From positions 294,546-317,072 of the forward strand of contig CAYPCY010000001.1 of the NCBI GenBank assembly GCA_964409385.1: a DNA stretch of 22,527 bases, written 5' to 3'. Positions 1 to 6,528 of the stretch are shown one piece after another (position 1 is the stretch's first letter; every line of letters starts with the position of its first letter). The position numbers were made by a program, and so were the translations under genes. Origin of the DNA: an uncultured Methanosarcinales archaeon (lineage in GTDB: Archaea > Nanobdellota > Nanobdellia > Woesearchaeales > CAYPCY01). The notes beneath the pieces were generated by a model, which was not told the origin of the DNA, ran no database searches, and saw only the letters and a program-made list of their open reading frames with translations.

Positions 1-37
1 TTTCTGCTAATTTACTTCTTGTCATTAATTCATACAT
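1..37 (-). CDS. Probable 5' end of a gene running off the window (MYELMTRSKLAE...)
   Basis: ATG at 37 with an open frame to the window edge. TTATAAAA TATA-like box at about 59-66 on the minus strand, at a spacing similar to the other leaderless genes here. Confidence 0.4.
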   Translation of the reverse strand, partial: MYELMTRSKLAE

Positions 38-110
38 CAATTAAATTAAAAAAATTACTTTTTATAATAACTGTTTAGAAATTTATTGAATTTTTGCAGA
101 AATTAAGAAG

Positions 111-380
111 TTATTTCGGAAGCACTTGTCTACAACAAAAATCACCAGAACTTGTCGCATTCGCATCCGCCTTACATCCTGGATCTCCTATCATATATCT
201 TTGATAACCAGTAGCGCAAGCTCCTGAAGAAGTATCAATACATATTCCGTCGCATTGTTCTAAAGTTTTTTTAGTAAGATTTAATTTTCCTGTAAATATT
301 AGTATAACAACCATTAACACAATTATAGCTATTACTGCCATTATTATTGTACTAAATGTTAATTCAGCTTTAGTTGTCAT
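111..380 (-). CDS. Small pilin-like protein (class III signal peptide) with a 6-Cys C-terminal domain
   Basis: MTTKA|ELTFSTIIMAVIAIIVLMVVILIFTGKL: basic leader, K-A cleavage motif, hydrophobic helix. Six Cys ending in CC. ATGA overlap with 377..655, to which it is a paralog. Confidence 0.8.
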   Translation of the reverse strand: MTTKAELTFSTIIMAVIAIIVLMVVILIFTGKLNLTKKTLEQCDGICIDTSSGACATGYQRYMIGDPGCKADANATSSGDFCCRQVLPK

Positions 381-655
381 ATGTACTTCTTACAACACAC
401 ATTTCCAGTACTACATTTAAGATCTGCAGCGTAAGTATAACTTTGAGTTATTGAAGCATCATCACAAGCTTCTTGTGGAGTTTGAGTTCCTTCGAAATAA
501 TTTGCGCATATCCCATTATTTTTTACACAATCAGTTACTGCTCCTTGGAACAAGTTCAACCTTCCTGTAAATATCAATGTTAGAACTACTAGAACTATTA
601 GTACCAATGCTGCAGATACTATAACACCTAAAGTTAGATCTCCTTTCTTTTGCAT
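377..655 (-). CDS. Small pilin-like protein (class III signal peptide) with a 6-Cys C-terminal domain
   Basis: MQKKG|DLTLGVIVSAALVLIVLVVLTLIFTGRL; C-x6-C (GIC) ... C ... C-x5-CC; own BRE/TATA promoter. Confidence 0.85.
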   Translation of the reverse strand: MQKKGDLTLGVIVSAALVLIVLVVLTLIFTGRLNLFQGAVTDCVKNNGICANYFEGTQTPQEACDDASITQSYTYAADLKCSTGNVCCKKYI

Positions 656-676
656 GTTCTAAAATCTAATTATTTA

Positions 677-692
677 CTATATAAACTTTTCG
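677..692 (-). promoter_or_regulatory. Archaeal BRE + TATA box for the 655/380 pilin pair
   Basis: Minus strand reads CGAAAAG-TTTATATAG; the TATA box ends about 23 nt upstream of the ATG at 655, implying a leaderless transcript. Confidence 0.75.
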
Positions 693-695
693 TAA

Positions 696-1730
696 TCATA
701 CACAAAGATTACCATCCCACGCACAATTTCCAAATATGCAAGGATCTTCATTGCATAATTCTTCATTGAATAATTCTGATACGTGACCTCTTACATTATA
801 ATCTGAACATTCTTGATAATTTTCACAGTCTGAAGATACTTTGAAGTTTGTAAGAACATCTAATTCACCAATATCAAATCCGTAATCGTATGACATTATA
901 GTTCCTAAACAAAGATCTGATGAATTTTCATTAATTAAAGGAATATAGGAAACTCCTGTAGTGCCGTCATCTTTCTTATGAAAACACACACAATCATTTG
1001 TAGGAGTTATATATCCTATTATGTTTAAATCAAATATTTTCTTTCCACATTCTGTTAAAATAGTTGATTCTTTCTTATCGCAATTATTTGTTCTTTGAAA
1101 TCCTAAATCTATAATACAAACTTTTTTATTTATGTTTATTTCGAAATATGTTTCTTGATTTGTTAATGTGTGTCCTTCATAATAATCAGTATTTTGGTGT
1201 TTATTATTAAGTTGAGATATTATACATTCTATATCTCCCTCTCTACAAAATGGTTCTCCAGAACAGTCCCCTTCATTACATTCTTGATCACAAGTTTCTC
1301 CTTGGAATATCATTTCTTCTCCACCTCCATAGATACAAACACATTCGCTAGTGTAAAAGTAAGAACAAGCAGGAACATATTCAAAAATACAATCTACTTG
1401 TTCGAGATCATTATTCCAATCTTCTTGTTTTTCTATTAAACAAACATAATAAGAATCTGCCAGTAAAGAACTAGATTCTTTATGCAGTATAGAATCTTCT
1501 AAATTTGTTGCTTCTTTTCCGCCGCAAAGAGTTTGAGGTTGTGTATCCATACATAGTTTTGGTGGAGTCACTTCATCTTTTAACTTATCCAGTCCTAATA
1601 GTTTTCTTAAATCCTTTAATTTTTCAACAGGATTCATGAAGAAGGATATGAAGAAGAACACTATTATTACTGCTATAATCAATCCAATTAGTTTTTGCCA
1701 TTGGCCTTTAGAAGAATGGTAGACTTTCAA
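696..1730 (-). CDS. Cys-rich pilin-like surface protein (class III signal peptide)
   Basis: TTG start preceded by a GGGGTGA Shine-Dalgarno (1737-1743); SSKG|QWQKLIGLIIAVIIVFFFISFF; acidic extracellular part with many Cys. Confidence 0.75.
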   Translation of the reverse strand: MKVYHSSKGQWQKLIGLIIAVIIVFFFISFFMNPVEKLKDLRKLLGLDKLKDEVTPPKLCMDTQPQTLCGGKEATNLEDSILHKESSSLLADSYYVCLIEKQEDWNNDLEQVDCIFEYVPACSYFYTSECVCIYGGGEEMIFQGETCDQECNEGDCSGEPFCREGDIECIISQLNNKHQNTDYYEGHTLTNQETYFEININKKVCIIDLGFQRTNNCDKKESTILTECGKKIFDLNIIGYITPTNDCVCFHKKDDGTTGVSYIPLINENSSDLCLGTIMSYDYGFDIGELDVLTNFKVSSDCENYQECSDYNVRGHVSELFNEELCNEDPCIFGNCAWDGNLCV

Positions 1731-1845
1731 TAATATTCACCCCGTCTTCTCTCATTATAAAGATTATTGCCATCATTATGAATATGAATATTACTGCTAG
1801 TATTAAGTAAACTAGTGTTGATTCCATTCCTTTTTTTGAATTCAT
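1708..1845 (-). CDS. Unannotated 45-aa micro-pilin (MNSKKG|MESTLVYLILAVIFIFIMMAIIFIMREDGVNIIESLPFF)
   Basis: Translated by hand: ATG 1845 to TAA 1708. KKG motif followed by a hydrophobic helix. Fills the gap between two genes and overlaps the next start. An AT-rich TATA-like AAATAAATA lies about 24 nt upstream. Confidence 0.8.
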   Translation of the reverse strand: MNSKKGMESTLVYLILAVIFIFIMMAIIFIMREDGVNIIESLPFF

Positions 1846-1877
1846 AGTTTCTTTATTATTTGTTTAGTATTTATTTT

Positions 1878-2720
1878 TTACCCTCTCATGTTTGTTGGTA
1901 GGAAGTTACAGCCTATGTCTTCTAGTGCTGTAGGTTTTGATTCTACTATTAATACTGAGGCCATCCAATCTACTTCTTTTTCTTTGAATATTGAATAAAT
2001 TCCTGTTCCTGCAGCTATTACTCCTGCAGTTACTGTTACTGGCCATAGAGAAGCACCTAGTAACATCATTCCTGCTCCTCCTGCTGCTCCAAATCCTATT
2101 GAAGTTTCTAAATTTCCGAATCTAGTAGTAATATCCTCAAATAATCCTTGTTCTTTTACATAAACAAATACTATTTCTTTTTCTCCTGTTGAAAAGTCTA
2201 TTGTTGTAGTTTGTGTTATTTCTGTTTTTCCTCTTGCTGTTTTTGTTGTTGGCTTATCATATCCTGATAGATAATCTGCATATGTTAATTTTGAACGTTT
2301 CATTTTGGTTTCTAAAAGGAATTTTTCAAACTCTTCTAATTTTACTGTTTGATCCGATGTTATGTATGAACAAATATGGCAGTATGTTTTTGATTCTTGG
2401 AAGAGATCATATTTTCCTCTTCCGAATGCTTTCCAACAAAAACTCATTTCTTTTGCTAGTTGTGTTTTCATTTCTTCTTCAGAACCTGTTAGTTCTAATT
2501 CTCTTGATGGACATTTTATTTCTAGAGTTCCTCCTGCTGAAGAAGATATTTTATTGAAGAATGTATTCGTTAATACTGTTGTTATACAAGTGTATTCTTC
2601 AGGCAATAATTCTGCTTTTGTTGTTATTAAATAGACTAGTGAGGAAAATACTAGTAGTATAACTATTGTTAATATTGCAGGCACTAAATATGCTATTCCT
2701 AAGTTATGAATTTGTCGCAT
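1878..2720 (-). CDS. Pilin-like membrane protein, paralog of 2699..3472, with a Gly/Ala-rich hydrophobic insert
   Basis: N-terminal G|IAYLVPAILTIVILLVF helix (atypical leader). Shares C...CP...EMxxCWxxFxxGK..F...CxxC...FL..KMK.S..TY.D[YF]LS with the neighbouring gene. Confidence 0.75.
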   Translation of the reverse strand: MRQIHNLGIAYLVPAILTIVILLVFSSLVYLITTKAELLPEEYTCITTVLTNTFFNKISSSAGGTLEIKCPSRELELTGSEEEMKTQLAKEMSFCWKAFGRGKYDLFQESKTYCHICSYITSDQTVKLEEFEKFLLETKMKRSKLTYADYLSGYDKPTTKTARGKTEITQTTTIDFSTGEKEIVFVYVKEQGLFEDITTRFGNLETSIGFGAAGGAGMMLLGASLWPVTVTAGVIAAGTGIYSIFKEKEVDWMASVLIVESKPTALEDIGCNFLPTNMRG

Positions 2721-3472
2721 CTTTCATTCAATATAGTATTAGGAATTATATATGCTCCTAGGAATGTTCCTGCATCCCAAGTTATCCAATTCCAAAGTCT
2801 ACTATTACCGCCTGTTTTAACAAATATTAAAGAATATTTTTCATTTCTTTCGAACAATTCATTTTTTAGTAAAGTATTATCATCATATTCTAATTCTGTT
2901 ACAAAGTGATAATATTCAAGTTCTGACAATTCTGGATCTGAATCTGACAAAAAATCCCAGTATGTAATTTCTGAATTCTTCATTTTTTTATCTTGCAAAA
3001 ATTTGTTTAAGTTTTCATAAGTTAATACAGGAATTTCTTTTTCAAAATTTAATTCGTCACAAACATAACAACTAGTTCCAGTATCAATAAAATCTATTCC
3101 CCTATCAAAAACATTTACTTTTCCTTCATGGAATTGATACCAACATCCTCTCATTTCTTCAGCCATTACTCGGTAGTAATCTTCTGAATCTTTCGCTTCG
3201 TCTAGATTGTTTTTCTTATTGGATTTTATTTCTTTAATTTCTGTTTTCCCGTCTTGAAAGTTTACTTTATATCTTGGACAATTTAATGAGATTGAACTTT
3301 TTCCAGTTAGACTGTATTGGCTTCCTTTTGCTTCTGCCCAGCTTGAAATTCTACAATTTTCTCTCAGACTCCACAAGTCTACTTTTGCAAATAATGTTGT
3401 GAATAGAATAAAAACAACTACTACGCCTACTAGTGTTACTATAAATTCTGGCATTGTGAATCCTTTCTTCAT
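2699..3472 (-). CDS. Type IV pilin-like protein with a G|F-x-x-x-E motif
   Basis: MKKG|FTMPEFIVTLVGVVVVFILF matches the classical prepilin cleavage/N-methylation motif (Phe +1, Glu +5). Confidence 0.85.
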   Translation of the reverse strand: MKKGFTMPEFIVTLVGVVVVFILFTTLFAKVDLWSLRENCRISSWAEAKGSQYSLTGKSSISLNCPRYKVNFQDGKTEIKEIKSNKKNNLDEAKDSEDYYRVMAEEMRGCWYQFHEGKVNVFDRGIDFIDTGTSCYVCDELNFEKEIPVLTYENLNKFLQDKKMKNSEITYWDFLSDSDPELSELEYYHFVTELEYDDNTLLKNELFERNEKYSLIFVKTGGNSRLWNWITWDAGTFLGAYIIPNTILNERCDKFIT

Positions 3473-3585
3473 CCTAGAACTCCTGTCAGTATTTTTTGTA
3501 GGCTGAAAAGTAATACTATTGCCATAATTATGAATATTATTATTTTTATTACTGTTTTAAACCCACTACTGTCTCTAACTTCCAT
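3469..3585 (-). CDS. Unannotated 38-aa single-helix membrane micro-protein (MEVRDSSG|FKTVIKIIIFIIMAIVLLFSLQKILTGVLG), possibly pilin-like
   Basis: ATG 3585 to TGA 3469. ATGA overlap with the 3472 start. TTAAATA TATA box about 24 nt upstream. Long hydrophobic helix. Confidence 0.75.
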   Translation of the reverse strand: MEVRDSSGFKTVIKIIIFIIMAIVLLFSLQKILTGVLG

Positions 3586-3607
3586 TAGTTATTAAATTAG
3601 ATATAAC

Positions 3608-3624
3608 CTATTTAATATTTTCTT
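3608..3624 (-). promoter_or_regulatory. BRE/TATA promoter for the operon starting at 3585
   Basis: Minus strand AAGAAAATATTAAATAG; TATA box about 24 nt from the ATG at 3585. Confidence 0.55.
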
Positions 3625-3644
3625 TATTGTAAACAAGTAATACT

Positions 3645-3682
3645 CAAAATATTTATAAACTATAGCGTTCTATATAACCTCT
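3645..3682 (+). promoter_or_regulatory. Promoter and candidate autoregulatory operator of the TA module
   Basis: CAAAATA-TTTATAAA (TATA 3652-3659) 24 nt before ATG 3683, followed by the inverted repeat TATAG-cgtt-CTATA (3661-3674). Confidence 0.6.
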
Positions 3683-3904
3683 ATGACAACCACCACTATT
3701 CAAATTAGCAAAGATTTACTGGGAGATTTAAAATCTCGTAAAATGTATGATAAAGAAAGTTATGAAGACATAATAAGAGATTTGTTGGAAGATACAATGG
3801 CATTATCTGAACAAACTCTTGCAAATATTAAAAAATCAGAAGAAGACATTAAAGCAGGAAGAATTAAAACCATAGCAGAAGTCGAAGCAGAGTTGAACAA
3901 ATGA
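3683..3904 (+). CDS. Type II antitoxin with a ribbon-helix-helix-like N-terminus
   Basis: MTTTTIQISKDLLGDLKSRK...ESYEDIIRDLL strand-helix-helix pattern; C-terminal SEEDIKAGRIKTIAEV typical of RelE-partner antitoxins; ATGA overlap with the toxin. Confidence 0.8.
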   Translation: MTTTTIQISKDLLGDLKSRKMYDKESYEDIIRDLLEDTMALSEQTLANIKKSEEDIKAGRIKTIAEVEAELNK

Positions 3905-4164
3905 GTTTTGAAGTAATATTTTCTAACTTTGCAGATAAACAGCTCAATAAATTACCTTCAGAAGTTCAAAAAAGAATATTATCAACAATAAAAAGATGTC
4001 AAATAAGACCTTATTCTCACGTTAAAAAAATAATCGGATCTAAATATTTTAGATTAAGAGTTGGAAATTATAGAGTTATAATGGACATTTTAAACAATAA
4101 ATTAATTATCCATATTATTGAAATAGGCCATAGAAAAAATATTTATAAAAAAAGTTTGAAATAA
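3901..4164 (+). CDS. relE: RelE/ParE-superfamily toxin (ribosome-dependent mRNA interferase)
   Basis: 87 aa, basic; FEVIFSNFADKQLNKLP...FRLRVGNYRVI...IGHRKNIY, the canonical RelE motifs. Confidence 0.92.
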   Translation: MSFEVIFSNFADKQLNKLPSEVQKRILSTIKRCQIRPYSHVKKIIGSKYFRLRVGNYRVIMDILNNKLIIHIIEIGHRKNIYKKSLK

Positions 4165-4178
4165 ATTTCCTATTCTAC

Positions 4179-4658
4179 TTATTGAATACAAATTTGCAGT
4201 TCCATCTTTATGGGTTTAAATTTGGAACTTACAAATAATACTCCTGGTGCTTCTCTTTCAGTGCAGTTTGCAAAATTGCTTGTGTAAATATAAGGAATGT
4301 CTTCAATGCTTAAATTATACTTCACATTCCACTCATCTAATGATTTAGTTAGAATTTCTGTTGTTGTATCATTTAACACTTTACAATGAGTTTCTCCATA
4401 ACAAGTAAAACTAGAGTTTAATGCACAATATTTAACAAGTTCTTCAATATTTACTTGGTTTAGGCCACAATCAACACTTACTTCCTTGTATGCTGTTAAA
4501 AAATTAATTCCTAATTGTCTTTGTGAAAATGATTTTTGTGGCGTTTCTTGTTCTTTTGTTGAGGATGTTGATAAATAAATCAGCATTCCTAATGCTATAA
4601 GTACTACTAATACTCCTAATCCCATTATTTCCATTTGTGCCTTAATAGTATTTTTCAA
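4179..4658 (-). CDS. Pilin-like protein (class III signal peptide)
   Basis: IKA|QMEIMGLGVLVVLIALGMLIYL; TTG start overlapping the upstream gene with GGGGT shortly upstream; six Cys. Confidence 0.8.
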   Translation of the reverse strand: MKNTIKAQMEIMGLGVLVVLIALGMLIYLSTSSTKEQETPQKSFSQRQLGINFLTAYKEVSVDCGLNQVNIEELVKYCALNSSFTCYGETHCKVLNDTTTEILTKSLDEWNVKYNLSIEDIPYIYTSNFANCTEREAPGVLFVSSKFKPIKMELQICIQ

Positions 4659-5112
4659 TTGTTAAAACCCCAAAATAATTTGTGTTTGTCGAATAGTCTA
4701 TTACTGAAACTGGGACTTTGAAGGGACTAATGTCATAATCTTCATAGTCGGGATAGTTTTCATATAATGTTATGTTTTGATTTAATTCACCTATTGGATA
4801 ATAGTCTAGTTTGATCTTTGCATTTTTGAAGAAATCATAATAGTATTCTTTATTGTCTTCTTTAATTCCTGAGAATGCTCTTGCCTTGTATAAATCTACA
4901 CAGTTTTTGTTTTCTGCCTTTGAACATTGTAGTTCTGGCATGAAACTTGCTATTTGTGCTATTTTTACCGCGTCTAATTCTTGAAATTCTGATTGTTTTT
5001 TATCAGTTGATCTTTTTTCTTCTCCTGAAAAGAAACTTATTGCAAATACTAGTAGGAAAAAGAATATTATTAAGACCGCGATGGTTTCCGTCATTTTTAT
5101 TTGGGCTCGCAT
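4642..5112 (-). CDS. Pilin-like protein (class III signal peptide)
   Basis: MRA|QIKMTETIAVLIIFFFLLVFAISFF; starts 1 nt after the stop of 5114..6070. Confidence 0.8.
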   Translation of the reverse strand: MRAQIKMTETIAVLIIFFFLLVFAISFFSGEEKRSTDKKQSEFQELDAVKIAQIASFMPELQCSKAENKNCVDLYKARAFSGIKEDNKEYYYDFFKNAKIKLDYYPIGELNQNITLYENYPDYEDYDISPFKVPVSVIDYSTNTNYFGVLTIEKYY

Positions 5113-5113
5113 T

Positions 5114-6070
5114 TTAATAGATAGTTGGACAGGATGCTTTCTCTAAGTCATCATTAATTGTTGCCAAGCTTAATTCAGGATCGTAAAAGTTTGATTGTGC
5201 ATTTTCTAAAGTAGTAATTCCTGAAAGTAAATTTTGTGCATTACTGTAGTAAATACTGCATCTTGTTGGAACTTCGCTTATTGCTAATTCTGCAGTTTTA
5301 TTTTCTAACACTTCTGCTACTCTTTGCATTCTTTTGAAGGCTTTATTTTGGTTACATTCGAAACTTTCCATGTCTGCCGTGAATATGGCTCCTAGGATCA
5401 TTTCTCTTCCGTAATAACTTGTTTCTTCATCATAAATAGTTATTGTTCCCGTGTTATCATTCCCATCTATTATTATTTGTATTATATCAGAATCAGGATT
5501 TTTGTCGGAATTTGTTACCAATACTATTCTTTCATAATTCTCATCTTTAATTTCATTAATAGTACTAATTAATTCTTTTGTTATGTTGCTTGGAAAACTT
5601 AATGTATTTTCATCATGATATAAACTTTTTATGAATGGTTCATCCATAAAATAATATTTTGTATACACTCCTGTTATGTAAGTCACATAAGTTGTTCTGA
5701 ATGGATATTCCCATTCAAGACTCCATAACATTAATGGAGTTCCCGGCTTTACTTTTACTGTTTCAGGAGAAAAAACTACTTCTGTAGGTAATGATTTTTT
5801 TATTTTCTTAATTTGATAATATGGTTCTTCGTCAATCTTGCAAGAAAACTTTAGTTCAGTATTGGGTAATCCTTCAATACTAGTTAGGGTTCCTACATTT
5901 ATTGATGCTCCTTTCAAGATTGAGTCTAGCCTTGTTAGTATTTCTCCTGATAATTTAATATCTGAAGTTCCTTTCTGTCCCTGAACTACCGCAAAGAAAA
6001 AAGCTAATATTACAGCACCTGCTATTAATACGAATATGAACGTGAATTGTATTTCCATTACTGCTTTCAT
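5114..6070 (-). CDS. Larger pilin-like protein (class III signal peptide)
   Basis: MKA|VMEIQFTFIFVLIAGAVILAFFFAVV; ATGA-coupled to 6067..6528. Confidence 0.8.
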   Translation of the reverse strand: MKAVMEIQFTFIFVLIAGAVILAFFFAVVQGQKGTSDIKLSGEILTRLDSILKGASINVGTLTSIEGLPNTELKFSCKIDEEPYYQIKKIKKSLPTEVVFSPETVKVKPGTPLMLWSLEWEYPFRTTYVTYITGVYTKYYFMDEPFIKSLYHDENTLSFPSNITKELISTINEIKDENYERIVLVTNSDKNPDSDIIQIIIDGNDNTGTITIYDEETSYYGREMILGAIFTADMESFECNQNKAFKRMQRVAEVLENKTAELAISEVPTRCSIYYSNAQNLLSGITTLENAQSNFYDPELSLATINDDLEKASCPTIY

Positions 6071-6528
6071 TGTCCTGAAACAAGAACTTTAGATCCTTTT
6101 CCTTCAAATTTTATGTGGAACTTTCCTGATTGGGCAGTTATACATTCTAATTCATTATTCGAAGGATATACTAAATCTAATTTTAGGAATGGTGTTGTTT
6201 CTTCTCCGATTAAGAATACATTTATTGGTTCTATATCTGAAGAAGCATATTGTTTTATTATAAGATTATCTACATCTCCTGTCATACTATTATTTAAGAA
6301 ACAGATCTCACTAACTCCTGAAGGCACTGTTAATTCTTCATTCTTAATAACTCCGTAAGAAGTGTATCTTTCAGCAAAATTTTCTAGGTCTGTTTGTAAA
6401 TTAACTAGTTTAATATTTTCTCCTTGGCTTGTAAAGTCTGATATGGCTCTATATCCCATTAGCATTATCAATCCAACAACTATTATTACTAGAATATAAA
6501 TGAATACTTGTTGTACTTGGCCTCTCAT
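6067..6528 (-). CDS. Pilin-like protein (class III signal peptide)
   Basis: MRG|QVQQVFIYILVIIVVGLIMLMGY; ATGA overlaps at both ends. Confidence 0.82.
   Translation of the reverse strand: MRGQVQQVFIYILVIIVVGLIMLMGYRAISDFTSQGENIKLVNLQTDLENFAERYTSYGVIKNEELTVPSGVSEICFLNNSMTGDVDNLIIKQYASSDIEPINVFLIGEETTPFLKLDLVYPSNNELECITAQSGKFHIKFEGKGSKVLVSGQ

Noticed and set aside
111..6528. Archaellum (arl/fla) operon
   Set aside because: No archaellin consensus N-terminus and no ArlH/I/J homologs in the window.
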